Shown here piece by piece: positions 10,331-23,488 of a stretch of DNA of 64,000 bases. The translations under genes were made by a program, and so were the position numbers. Under the pieces are notes generated by a model. It searched no databases. It saw nothing but the letters and a program-made list of their open reading frames with translations, and was not told where the DNA came from. The stretch covers positions 558,001 through 622,000 of the forward strand of contig NW_026515668.1 in assembly GCF_025526975.1 (NCBI RefSeq), given 5' to 3'. Numbering within the stretch: the stretch's first letter is position 1; each line of letters opens with the position of its first letter. The DNA is from Fimicolochytrium jonesii (lineage: Eukaryota).

Positions 10331-12184
10331 ATGGTTACAACTCTCGGTGACAATGCCAAGGGGGAGTTTTTGGAGACCGCCATCATATTGCAATTCGAGA
10401 TTGGTATGTGCAACTTGTGCAACGTACAACAGTCGTCGAAGTCGTGCATACCCTCGTTGTTATGCACCCTGTGGAACTGGGAAGCAAAGCCGGTGGAAGA
10501 TTGAGACTTCAAATACAAGGCTCTTGAAACGAGGAGACGACCGGAATGTCCCGCAAGGGGGAAGTTGGAGGAGGGGGTTTGGCGGCCACTGTCCTAACTA
10601 ACCGGATGCTCCGGGCCTGCTACTTCGGCCATTAGGTAGAGAATTCGTGGACAACGTGCAGCCTGTGGCATCGATAGACTTCCACGCTTCGGGGGAACTA
10701 TGCATTACGTCGTCTGGAGACGACTCGCTAAGGCTGTATGACGCAGTCAATGCCACGTAGGTGTTACCCCTCGGTGGTAAAAATACTCCAAAAGAGTCTT
10801 GGTGAAAGTCGATAATGCTTACCGGTCTCTCGATTCGCAAACTTTCTCAGGGCGAAAACGCATCTCTACAGCAAAAAATATGGTTGCAACCTAGCACGCT
10901 TCACTCACAGCCGGTCCAGTATCATCTACTCGTCAACGAAAGTCGACCATACCATTCGATACCACTCTCTGCATGACAACAGATATTTGCGATATTTCGA
11001 AGGGCACGAGGCACTGGTGGTAGATTTAGAAATGAGTCCGAATAACGACACGTTTCTGTCATCGTCAATCGATGGGGAAGTTAGGCTTTGGGACTTGAGA
11101 ACGCCAAATTGCATGGTGAGGAAACTCCCGTCTCAGCGGGCCTTACCGCTGGTCGTCATGTCTCACCGCTTCGTCGTGCGTCGGCAGGGTCTAGCAAAAT
11201 CGATACAAAGCGGACGCACCTCGGTTGCATTTGATCAGTCGGCAAAGGTTTTTGCGACTGTGGTGGGGAATAAGTTGAGATTATATGATGTGGCGCAATA
11301 TGATGTGGTGGGTACCGTTCGCCGTTGCGAGGTATGTTGCATGAGTTCTCAGCTTTTCCGATTCAATAGGGTCCGTTTGGCACATTCGAGATTCCACTCG
11401 ACTCAAGAAGCATTGTAACTGGCGTAGAGTTTGCGAATGATGGAAAAGACATCCTCGTTTCAACGTCGAGCGATACACTGTATCTCATCAATTCGTTTGC
11501 GAAAGCAAACGAAAACCCAGTGAAGTTCAAATTAAAGGGGCATTCAAACAAAAAGGGTGCACTTATTCGAGGAACTTTAAGCCCAGACGCAAAGTTTGCC
11601 TCTTGTGGTGCGTCACAAACCTAGTGCAGAGTCGCATATGAAACGTATGTCTTACATACTCCTTTGCATTCAGGATCCGATGATGGCACAGTACATTTTT
11701 GGGAAACTGAAACGGGAAAACATATTGCTGCCCTCAAAGGAACGGAAAGGGCCGACGGGATGAAATGGAATCCCAAGTATATGATGTTCGCGACCGCGAG
11801 TGAACAATTGGTAAGTCTACCCACGGCCAGCGGGTTTTTCCCAGCGACTATCCCGATTTCTGTCACCCGAGTTCTGCATGAGCGTTTGCGGACTTTTGTG
11901 CAGACCTCCAAGTGGAGGAAGTCGAATATCAACTCCATTCGGGGCTCGTCACTCGAGACGGCGGCGTGCTTCCGTGTTGCCTGTATCAATGTTCAAGTCG
12001 ATACAGGCGATTTAGGAAGAACTTTTATCCGATGCCGCGGTTCTTGATATACGATGCTGTACATGTCATTTGATAGCACCGGAGCGCCGCGAGGATCCCC
12101 AGCTCCCCATCTCATGTATTCCTTGTTCTCCTCATTTTCCCGCATCAGGCTTTTTGGTGTCTCCCAGCGGACAGGAACGCATGA
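10331..12184 (+). CDS. SWD2: WD40 protein Swd2/WDR82 (COMPASS / CPF subunit), multi-exon
   Basis: Spliced: LQFEIG|REFVDNVQPVASIDFHASGELCITSSGDDSLRLYD; YSKKYGCNLARFTH; DHTIRYHSLHDNRYLRYFEGH; FLSSSIDGEVRLWDLR; WNPKYMMFATASEQL|AFWCLPADRNA*. Confidence 0.9.
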
Positions 12185-12390
12185 GGCGTGCGATCGATAG
12201 ATTCGATACTGCATTGACGGTATCGCGAGATTTGGTTTGCTATCTCGCACAAGCTGCGGCGTAGCTCTATTTTGAATCTTCAGGAATGATGCAGTCTACG
12301 AAAAGCCCAACTATGTACAAATGAATGTTCCCGCAATACATCAGGCTGCCTTCCTGACAGACCCGGCGAGACGGTAGAAATGTGAAAAAG

Positions 12391-14972
12391 TCACGTTGGC
12401 TGGACTTTTGCCTTCGTTTTGCCGGTTCTCCGGCTACACCATCGCCAGCAACCTGGGCTAGAGCGCTTGATTTTGGGACGGTCGTCTTGTGGCCGAATAC
12501 CGGGGACGGAAGTCGCGGTATTCACTGGTGGTATAATCTCTTCTTCGAGCAAGCGGTACACGCCGTACACCGGCTTATGGTCGCTGTCAAAAATGCTAGG
12601 GCAATCCGTGTATGCTTCGACTTCCACTGCACGGTTTTTGCCGGCGCCGAGGGGGGCCGGCAGATTGGTATCCAGCGACGACGGCTCGGCCCCGAGCAGC
12701 GATGCCGTCCGCAGCGGGTCGGGTGGGCGATGTTCAGTCGTTGCTCGTATGCTTCGTTTGGTGGTCAAAATACGAGTGGAAAAGAGGACTCGGTCTGTAT
12801 AACTAGGCATCCGTTGTTTGCTTGAACTGTCATACCCAGGTGTGGGGCCGGATGCATCTGGTTCTGTAGTTGTCAAAGAAGAGGTCTCATCGGTTGTTGC
12901 CGTCGTCACGGGAGCCAGTACCGGCGTCACCGGAGTTCGTGGTGTTGAAGAAAGCGGCGTCGATGGCTGGGATGCCAAACTGAGCGGCACGTTGTATTTG
13001 AAAGTTGGCTTAAACGTGATCTCCGCTTCGGAGTACCCGGGGAAAATGATTCCAGATGTTTGAGCCTTTCTAAGCTCATCATGGATGAGGAATGGCTGAC
13101 AAAATGGGTGTGAAGAGAGAGAAACATAATAAGTGGACTGTCATCGACAATGCCGTTGCAATGGGGAAGAGAGATGGACATCCTGGCGCTTACCCTGATG
13201 TCCGCCGGTTCCTCAGAAAGCAAGGCCCTCGCCCAAGCAGTTGCCCCTGGCCCGAAGTCCGCACGATAGTTAAGGTCTCCCATCCAGAAGATATAATCGA
13301 ACCGTTGAGCGAGACTGAGTGGTTGGCCTGCTGGCACAAGATAGTCGATACGTCGACCGTCAGCTACCAGGTATCTTTTCAAGTCACATGTTTCCCGACC
13401 ATTGCGCACCTTTTTCTAGGTTTTGATCGCCTGAGAGCAACGTCTCGTTTATCTTGTTCCAGTCGGCGTTACGCCGATCATATGCTGGACGCCCCTCATG
13501 CGCTGCAAAGAGATTACCGCAATTGAAGCCGTGTAAGGAGAGCGACCTGGTTGAGAAAATGAGCATTGAAAGACGACGTAAAACACACCCATAAGATGCG
13601 CATTTACAAATGCGACAGAACGACCCAGAAATCGAAACGACGCCCCGACCGCGCCTTTTGCGCCGTTCATGTAAACCTTCAGTTCGCTTGTTTGGATCGC
13701 TTGTATCTGGTCGATGTACGCCCTCTTCACGAATATTGCAAGATGTAGTCCCACTAGCGTCTTCGTCACCGCCAAAGCGTAATCCTCCTCCCTTATGTAT
13801 CTTCGCATTGCTTTGATCCATTTCAATCGTTCTTTAGGTTGCCGAATCCCGGCGATCTCTAAGCGTTCCTCGCACTCCTGCGTTCCGATCGCTATGAGGT
13901 GGCAATCTTTTTGGGGGCCGATGGCCAAGAATGATGATAGATCGACTGTCCGGGACGGAACCCGCGCGTTCATATTCCATGTCCCTACAAAAAGACGAGG
14001 AGTCTCCCCACGTGGCTCAGGCGGCGACCGGGGCGTGTTGTAATGGAAATGTGCTTGTAACGTTGTGAGTGCACTGTGAGATTTCGCCCGGAGGGTGTGG
14101 GATAGCTTCCCTATGCTGCGGTGAATGTTTGAGGCGGAACGGAAGTGGCCCTGCGTGGGGTTTAAAGCTGCGTCTGGTCTTAAGTATGCTGCAGATGGCT
14201 GCAGATGCTTGTTGTCCTCATGCGTCTCTTCTGGAGGTGGGTCATTAGGAAGTGCCTTGCTATCTTTGGTCTGGTCTCCCGCATCACGTAGCTCCTGCAT
14301 ATCTGTAGTTGTAATAACCATTGGCGGGCGTCGCGGGTTGTGCGTTCGTGGTCCAATAGGAGGGAGTGGTAGGAGAGGTTGCCGGGGGACCGAGAGACCT
14401 GTTAATAATATTCAGAACAGAGTAAGTTCAGCAAGAACTTCCGTCGTCTGCTGTTGTTGCACGCAACCTTCTGTGTTGGCTGTGCTCGCCTCATCAGTGG
14501 TCCGATCCCCGGAATGTAGCCATTCATTGGGGATGGATGAAGGTTGACTTTTGGTTATTTGACGCTTGACTTGAACCGCCGCGTACGCCGGCAATGCTGC
14601 TCTACCCGCATGAGGCTCTGGCTGATGCGTTGCTTGTGGGCCGGTCTCCTCTGCATGCTGTATATCTTCTTCTATCGGGATAGCGGCTGTCCGGTGGACC
14701 TCCGTTGGCACCACTTCGTTGGACGCTGGTGCTGTTCTCTCGTTCAGTGATCATTCCTACAACTGTACTGGCACGGTGCTAACCCTCCCACCTTTCATTG
14801 ACCACCCCTCTGATTTTCGAAATAAGTTCCATATAGATGAGTAGAATGATTTGAAACGACTGGTTGGCGGCATTTGAAGCTTGGCGATGGACTCTACTCT
14901 CGAAGGAGTAGGTGGCCGTATCGAATGTAGTAGAGTGCTCTGTGAACTGAAGTTATTGAGATATTCGGCCAT
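12391..14972 (-). CDS. Inositol polyphosphate 5-phosphatase, INPP5E-like (5' exon structure uncertain)
   Basis: IPPc motifs LFVGTWNMN, IAIGTQEC, KGAVGASFRFLGRSVAFVNAHL, FDYIFWMGDLNYR, YDSSSKQRMPSYTDRVLF and SDHKPVYG. Confidence 0.85.
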
Positions 14973-15812
14973 TTTGCCAAGGAGAGTAGTACAAGGTGGA
15001 AGAATTGATTGGAGAGGGTGAAGATGTGCGGGCCGTACCTTTTGAAGCCTGCAGCCAAACCGGGCTTTTCCTAGACAGATCGTCGATTCGCATGTAGAAG
15101 GTTTCCAAGAAACAACGAAGCTGATGTAACTCGCAGCCGAAATATATCCTACCGGTGTAAATGTCCGGACGCGAATGAAGCTTGTTTCACGTCATTCCAG
15201 GATTCTTTTTCGGGTCCGAACATACAGTACCTTCTCGAATCTCCGCTCACGCGCTGTCAAATTCCTGTCATTTCAAGGCCGTTAACGCCTGAGTTCCAAA
15301 TGGCATGTATTGTAGCTGAGGACTGGGTATGCTATGACGAGAAGATCAGAAATCAGAAAAGGAAGAAAATGGGGGAGGAGGAAAAGGTCTATTACACCAA
15401 TAATCTAGGGGAGAAACCAGATGGTAGACGAAAAAAAAGAATCGCAGTGTGAAAGTGGGATGAATTCAACAAATCTGGGCCTAGGCGGATGTTGAATAAT
15501 GAAACGTAAGAGATCCGCGGAGGGAAAGTGGTGATGGGATGTGAACAGGGGAGGCAAGAAATAAACTGACAGGGAATAGGTGCTACATGACTAAATACAA
15601 TGGGGACTGGGGTAGGGGACAGGGTGAAAGGGATGTACTATGCACTGGTCAATTCGATTCCGTTCCCTTTCGTGAGTCACGGCATTTGAGCTCAGATCAG
15701 GCAGTCTCAGACCAACATGGCTTTGATCGCGTGGCCGACGGCGACCGATGAGATTTCCGTGCGGTTCCATAAGCGCTAGCCGACGACGACCGTGTTGCAC
15801 CGGGGCGCGTGA

Positions 15813-18800
15813 TCATTGAATTTGACGACGGACGGCATCGCGAGCCCATTTGGCGGTTCTCCTCGTGTCGAGGTCGAGAGATTGGTCGGTCTTGACGCTG
15901 CGGAGGAAGCTTTGGATCCATTCGGCGGCGAACATGGGACGGAATGGTCCCGGAGGGAAAGTGTCCGCGAGATCGCTGAAAAGGAAATGAAAATTGAGCT
16001 GAGGTTTATTCTGGAGCCGCAGTCGATAGGACCATACCCAATGAGCCCAACGAGCCCGCTGGTGACCTCGACGGTTCTCTCGGATTCGGCAACAGCCTGT
16101 GCGAAGGCGAAGATGTGGGGCGCAGCTCGGGCATCTGCCAGGAGTTGGGCTGTATATCCAGCGGGGAATTCGTCAGGATTCAGCCTTCGAGTGCATTCTG
16201 GAAAACCAGCAACGCGAACTTACGTTTGCCCGCGGTTTTCAATCCCTGTGTGATCCCCACGTACGCTTCGATGATGCTTTCCCGCAATTTGCTTCCATAG
16301 TCCAAGTCGTATTTCTGGAAAAGGAATGTGGGTTAAGATTCTATAGCGCGGCCAATGTTGCCACGATCTTCTGATCGACATACAATCGCGGTATCTGCCA
16401 TAGCTCCCGCCTGCTGTAGGATGGCCATTGTCAGATAAAGGTACGCCTCAAAGTGGGCGCCAATAGCAAGAGCAATATCTCCGAATGTGGAGAGGATTGA
16501 GGGCTTGACGCTCTTGTCCAGGTTGGCATTCTGGAGAACGACGAAAGAATTAGTGAATTGGCCTCCCAGAACGGGATTTACTGACATCAAGCATACCTGC
16601 AGGCCCGCCATCAAGAGGTTCATGATGGGCTCGCAGTAAGGTAGGAACTGCTCGCCCAACGCACGGGTGAGATCCCCCACGACGCCTACAGCGATCGAAC
16701 ACATCTATAGAAAACATGAAACAGTGAGTGGGTGGATTTCGAAGGAAGGTACCGCGGCGTACACCTACCTGGGGTTCCTCAACATTCTGCAGGGCGGCGA
16801 ACAGTTGCGGGGCAAATGCGTCCATGTACCGTAGGAAGTGACTTTCCAAAGCTATCATGCGGTTAGTGATCAGTGTACAAGTACGAAGGGTAGTTTGGTG
16901 ACGCCAGAACGTACCACCAGTCAAGCTGCTGATCGCGAGGAATGTGTCCTCCATCACGGTCGACGACCTAGAAGCGGATGTCATCACAACGAGAAGGGCT
17001 TGCATGGCTTGGTCGGCCAGGGGTATGACTCCGGCTCCAAGACGGCGAATGCATGCTCCGAGGATACCGCATAGATTCGATTGCAACTCATAATGGTTTT
17101 GCCGGTCATCCTGGGTCAAAAGCTGGTTTTGCATCTGGATGGTTTGTTGCAGGCGATCCAGAATCAATTCCGATAGAGTTTTCACTGTTGGTAAGCAGTC
17201 CTGAGCACAGTTGCGGACCAGGGAGGATTGGGCCTCGTAACAGCTCGCTTTGAAGTTGGGATCGGTAGAGCTGTCTGCGGCACTGCTTGTCGCCTCGATG
17301 ATAGTCGGGAAGAAGGAAGACAAGACATACGTAGGTTCACCGTTCCCGCGAATGCTCTCGCCAAAGTTCATGAGAGACCATGCACAGTTCGAAGCGATCC
17401 GCGGCTTCTCCCTCAGCCCTTCCAACAAGACCGAAATCACCGGTTGAATGAATTCGGGGCCGATGGCCTCAGGGTGAAGCTCGCAGATACGTCCAAGGGT
17501 CCACGCCGTCGAGTCTTTTACTTGGTCCTTTTCATCCTTCATCAACGGGATGAGGACCCGAAGAGCTTGCGCTACAACGCTGGTCAGGCCCTCTGGGCTA
17601 GGCCCCTCCAGGACGGATCCGAAAGCGGTCACTGCCGCTTCTCTGTGCCGCCAATCAGCGCCGGTAATGTGCTGCTGAATGTACTTCAGAATTGGTTCAA
17701 TCACCGCATCATGGGTCGCTTGCGCGAGGAGCGACAAGCATGTCGCGGCGGCCATGGAAACGTTCCAGTCGTCCTCATCATCGTCCTCCTCCTTCTTGGT
17801 CATGAGGAACCATAGCGCATCTACCAACTCCTTGACGAATACCGTAGCAAAGCGGAAATTTGGTCGCTCCGTGTCGTCGTCCTCATACGCGTTCTCTTCC
17901 TCGATATCGATCTCCACCTCGCAGACTGTCGACCAGAACTCAACGGCCTGCAGAGCGATTTCCTCCGTTTCGCTGGTCATTCCCCAAAGGGTCAGCTGGC
18001 TGAGTGCTTGTTGCATGTACTGCTCCATGTGTTCGTAGTAGAGGGACATGATCTTCACCAGGCACTCAAACCCAGCAACTTGCACTTCTTCCGGCTCTGT
18101 CTTACACGCTTCACAAACGACTTGCATGATGAAATTCCGCTCGCCGGCGTGTTCGAAATTACTCTTCACGAATTCCAAGGCGTTCAGCAATGCGTTCAAA
18201 GCAGTTTCACGGAGTGCAGGGTCGGCTTGGGGAGTGGCTCCCGAGCAGACCGCCGTCAATATAGGGTTGGCGTATTGCGTAAGGACGTTGGGATCGACAG
18301 CCTCACAGACAAGACCGATTGCCTTCAGTGTGGCCTTTTTCAGGTCCGTGTTGGCCGCCTTAGCGGGGTTTGTGACGTTATCCAGCATGATGGGCATAAG
18401 GTCTGGCCATTGATTTTGTGGAAGCTCGACTTCAGCGATGGCTTGGATAACCTATACGGGGAGTAGCGCATTGAGCTGAGAACTCGAACAACTCAGTTTG
18501 CTTTCAGACATACCTGGGTGGCACCATTTGATGCGGACTTGGCGGGACTGTTCAACACATTCAAAGCCTGTTGTGAATCGGACTACAGGTGAGAAGCTGA
18601 ACTGGCCCTGGCCGATTCTTCCAACACGAGACTTACAGCTCCCTTAACGGCCGTCCGCATCCCAGGGTCCGAGGCAAGCCAGCGGCTCGCAAGCTGCTCC
18701 TTTTTGAGAGGATCCTAATCCCATTGGTGTGATGTTAGTTACAGATCCACAAAGTCAGCGCGCTATAGACCTTCGATGAGTACCTTTGCAGAGATGGCAT

Positions 18801-19122
18801 TCTTGATCAGAAGTGCCGCTGCAAGACGAACGTGCTCCTTGGTCTGCTCATTGGCGAATTCTGTGCACATCAGGGACAGGAACCTGGGCTGTACAGTCAC
18901 AAGATACGGTAAGCAAAGAATCATTTCAGAAACCAAAGGCAACCGTCTGCACGTACAAAGTCCTGGTCCGCAAGGCCATTGAGATGGGCCTCCGCCTTCT
19001 CGCGTTCCGCCCCCACTGGAGAAATACCATCGGTTAATAAGTGCCCTGCGCCAAAAAAAAAGGCGCAAGATCACCGCAATATTACCATTGAGAGTGGCTT
19101 CCAGAATCTCAGTCAAACTCAT
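15813..19122 (-). CDS. KAP95: Importin subunit beta-1 (karyopherin beta), multi-exon
   Basis: IBN_N-like start (VRLAAALLIKNAISAK); ERNFIMQVVCEA; LQAVEFWSTVCEVE; EDDDEDDWNVSMAAATCL; WRHREAAVTAFGSVLEGP; VKPSILSTFGDIALAIG; ends AKWARDAVRRQIQ*. Confidence 0.95.
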
Positions 19123-19620
19123 AGCTGCTTCTGTTGTTGCTTTCCGTGTGTTGTTTTGAGAGAATGAAACCTGTGAGCCCAAACTATCAGGATTTTACAC
19201 CGACAGGGATTGGGTGAGGAACTTAGCATAAGGTTTCCGGTGATCTCGGACATGGGAAAACGACGGAAGGCCGGTAATTGCTTTTCCGGAAGCCGAATCG
19301 ACCCATACCTGAGACTCTCAAGCCGAAGCGACGGTTCTTTCCTTTTGCTGGACTGGTGAATAGGAGCCCTGCCAAATGCGATGTCGACAGCTATGTGTGT
19401 TTGGTGGGAAGAAAGATGTGCGGGGGTCAGGGATAGCAAAGGCTTGATCAATCGACCGAGTCCGGCTATCCAGACTTCAATTAGATGCACGTGCAGTCAC
19501 GGGACGAGGGCTCTTGTGGGGTTCCGCTGCAACCCTGGCTGCAACCCGATTGCTTGCTCCTTCGTGACGTCCACAGCTCGAACAACCACCGAAACAAACT
19601 CAGCACAACAACACACCACA

Positions 19621-20352
19621 ATGTTCGCCAAAGCTGCTTTGCGCTCTCAAGCTGCCCGTCTTGTGCGTGGCGACGGTCCCGCCGGACCATGGGGTCCTAT
19701 GAGCTTCGCGTAAGTTTCGGTAAAGCAGAGCGGGAGCGCGGCATCAGTCGTGTTGGGAAATCCGGTCGCAGGGGATATCTGGGGTTCTCGACAAATTGTT
19801 GTGTGGGGAAGTGGATATCCGGTTTGGATTGGGGGTTCTGTGGAACAGTTCGCTGCGACGAAAATTAGCTACGTTTTCTGCTTTGGAAACGTTATCATCG
19901 CGGAAAGGGCTCAACTCGGAAAGGATTACGTCTTCTGCTTTCATTCACGGCGGCTAAAACTGGTGCTCTTTTTTATTCGAAACTCCGTTTAGTGGAAACA
20001 ACTGGCGCAAGTACGGTGTAAGTATCAATACGGGCTCTTACTTTCGCTCGTCCGTTTTCCTATGCCATTCTACGAAAAGCAGCCTGTACCGCAGAGTTTC
20101 TCATTCTGAGTGTCTTTCCCACCTTCCGTTTAGGCCCTTCCGTTCTCCGTCAGCAAGCGCGGAAAGTTCCTTTTCTACTTCTGGACCGCAGCGATTATCG
20201 GATTTGGATTGCCATTCGCAAGTATGTGCCAGTCGTGGAATTTGGATAATCGATCGTTGGGAACTCATAGATTTCACTTTTCAGACACGGAATGGAAGCT
20301 GGCTCCTTTGCGCGAGGCTAAGCGCAAGGAACTCGCGGCCGCAAAGGAATAA
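19621..20352 (+). CDS. COX8: Cytochrome c oxidase subunit VIIc (yeast Cox8-like), 4 exons including a ~25-nt microexon (19993-20017)
   Basis: Mitochondrial presequence MFAKAALRSQAARLVRG, then spliced GNNWRKYG|ALPFSVSKRGKFLFYFWTAAIIGFGLPFA... The LPF...GF..PF pattern is typical of COX7C. Confidence 0.7.
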
Positions 20353-21010
20353 GAGACCCTTGCGAGATCACTTCCTGTGCTCATAATACCTTGAAATATA
20401 TTCCGAAACATCCACGTTATTCAGTGCTTGGCCACCAGAGGAACAGTTGGCGAAACATTTTGCTGCACATCACATCAGACGGGACAAAATTGGATCGCAT
20501 TGGAAGGGTGCCAACAATTCAGTATTTACAGGGGATGCCTTCAATAGGCAGAGGAGAAGAGATGATACAAGAAAAGGGAACGGCAAAGGGAAAGGCGCCG
20601 GGAGGAGAATGACGAGACGAGGAGGAGTGGGAAAGCAGGCTTAGCAGGCAAGGGAAACCCCGGCAAAATGGCGAGGTGCACCATTTGGGGATAACGCCTC
20701 GGTTTTTGCTTTTCCCCGCTGTTGCGAGACACGTGCTCAATCGGGGGTATTCGCGGGATTTGGGTGAGCAGCAAAAGGGTACGAACGTAACCAAGAAGGC
20801 GATCGAAGATCGGAGTACAAGTGGCGGTGGTGGGAGCACGACAGACTTCCAGATGGGAGTGATGTTGGGAACCTGCTTGGAGGTGATCATACTGGCATCT
20901 TGCGAACACGGGCGAGGAGATTGCGTTGGAATGGTGCAGCTGGTCGGATGGTGTATGGAAACGAGGCGGAAAATTTTGGTTGGGTATGTGCGACGAGTCC
21001 GTCCGTCTGT

Positions 21011-22280
21011 TCAGACATTATCCGCAGAGCCAGGCAATAGTGGAGTGGTCTCGTCTGCGGAATCGGTGGTGGGACAGGTGTCGTGTTTACATATTGGGCA
21101 TGTCCGCTTTCGTTGCGTCAGCCATCTGAGAGCAAGGAAAGCCGGTCAGCCTCTTTGCAAGATCTCGCATATACCAACAAGGTCCAACTCACTTGTCTAT
21201 GCACTCCTTGTGATACTCATGTTTACAAAGCAGTATTCTCAGCTCATCGCCGTCCTGGAAGTCGTCCAAACAGATTGCACAATCAGTGGGGTCATTTTCC
21301 TTGCTAACTTCGGTACTATAGATTTTGACTGGCAGATTGAGCACAACGGCGAGTGGAGCCAGCTCCTGTTGCCGTCTGACGTATTGCCGATAGCTCCAAA
21401 TCAGATAGAGAGCTATCATGACTGCTGCTGGGCTGAGTACCTGCGGTCGCCACAAGTTAGAAAACTGAACCTCCTCCAACACGCAAAGTTTCACACGTAC
21501 TGTAACAACAAGAATCTCCAACAATGGCACGTCCGTTTGTCCTGGTAAGATCACAATCTCCACGCCTCTTTGGCCCCCGATGTCAGCCTCCTCCAGCAGT
21601 GAGTGATAATCCGTGAAAGTAATAAACACCGACGGAATAGTTATGTCGGAAACATTCTCGCTGGCGAACATGGTGATCAAGGGAGAATGTGGTACGTTGT
21701 CGCCTACGACCACCGCTTTGGCTCCACTGCTTTGCATTGCGCGTACTTTTTGTACGAACGAGCAATCTCTGTTGAAAATGGTGCCAGCAAGATGAGAATA
21801 ATAGCCTAAGTTTGAGACAGTGTGCTGATATAGATGACGAACTACTTACCCTCTTTGCACTATTGCGATCCAATTCGGCAGAGTTACCCCTGGGACCTCA
21901 ACGCAACCTGAATTCTGCTCATGTCGTCCAGTGAAAGCCACCAATGTAGGCCCCTGTACCCGCTCATCGCCTTTTGCCCGTCCAAGGTGACTCCAGTTCG
22001 ACAGAGGGAGCACCACACCGAATATGCCTTCCTCAGGAACTTGTGGGCCGAACGCCGCTTGGCGGTCTGGGCAGGTGTTGTTATTCCGCAAAACAATGAT
22101 TTTCCCTTCTGCGAAGATGCTGGCGCCTCCTAACCCGCTGCCGTAGGTAGGGACTGGTGGGTTGAAGAAACCCGGGGAAGACGGAATATTGTGCGCTAAT
22201 ACGGCAAGTATTTGTAGACAGAGGAGTGTTTGAAGGAACCATCCTGGGTGGAGAATCCTCGGCGCAAAATTTGACGGCAT
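21011..22280 (-). CDS. PA-TM-RING-H2 E3 ubiquitin ligase (RNF13/RNF167/RMR-like)
   Basis: Signal peptide; PA domain (AAFGP, WIAIVQRG, QSSGAKAVVVGDN, ITIPSVFI); TM helix; RING-H2 CAICLDDFQDGDELRILLCKHEYHKECID|KWLTQRKRTCPICK; C-terminal ETTPLL dileucine motif. Confidence 0.9.
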
Positions 22281-23488
22281 GGCGAGAACGTGAAATGGGG
22301 TTGGGTTTGGGTTTTTGTTGAACCTCCTTGGAAAGGAGAAGTGGTAGTTTGGCAGTGGGGTAGCTCAACCTTCGATAAGGATGAGACCGAAACAGGAGAA
22401 CGAACTTGGATGCCCTTTTGTCCAAAAGGCTGCGTGCTCACACGAACCTCGAGAATCCTGTTGAGACATCGAAAAGAGTCAGTGCGGATCTCCTGCCACA
22501 TGTGGCATCGCTCAGCATTGCGACCCCGGACTCTCACCAGAGGCTCGTTTATGAGACAATCGAGGCTGACCTCCAAAACACCGATTCAATACAGTAAGAG
22601 GTGAGCAGTCTATCTACGACACCAAGGAGCTTTTTCGCCGCTGCTACCTATATACGAGTGCCAGTCCTATGATACAGTCTACTTACGTTGTGCCGATCGC
22701 CCGTGAGTCTGTTTTGCAAAATGTTCAAGGGGAGAGGAGATGCAAGTCACAAATCACGTCCGATATTGGGATTCGGCTGATTGGGGCCGTCGTCATCGCG
22801 TGCCGTGACTAATTTCCAGAACCATAACACCCCATACAGTACGGCTGGCTTCCGACTTTCTCGGCCGACGATGGGCTGCAGCCTGCAGAGCATCGAGCAG
22901 ATCCTACGAGACATGCGGGTCGCTTGCTCCGCTAGAGATGGATAATGGTCCAAAACCGAGACAGACGTTTTTGGTCGGAGACATCCCAGAAACCTCTCTA
23001 TATCTTGGAAGAGTCGTAGTACCGGAGCAGTCTTACTACACCCCCAGTCTTCAACCCGTATACGCTCCTATAAATTGAGGGAATTGTCAACGCTACCCCA
23101 AATTGCTAACGGCGCTACCGTCCACTTTACACTATAATAAGCGACGTAAACTTGATGACTTTTTGGGTAACCAACCTAGTACAGTACACTGTACCATAAC
23201 AACACGCTCCGACGGCCTTCGAGCCGGTTAGGGCTGGGTGTTACTAACCTTAATCCTAACCCTAACTGGGGCACTTGACAGTTAGAGTATGTGAACTTGA
23301 GTACGGTATGTGCCTACCGAGGGATTAATCCAGATCCAGACCCACGGTTCGCATTGTCCACCAAATGAGGTCAAACGCGTCGGCCCGCCTTGTGACGAAC
23401 CCGCGTGAGGACGCGCCGCATACTACATGCACAGAGGAGAGGAGAGGCCACTTTCAACCGAAACTTCCCTCTGTGTCCACGAACGAAA

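Noticed and set aside
20519..21548. 290-aa + strand ORF and overlapping minus-strand ORFs
   Set aside because: Antisense to the PA-RING gene and its 3' region, with no protein-like motifs.
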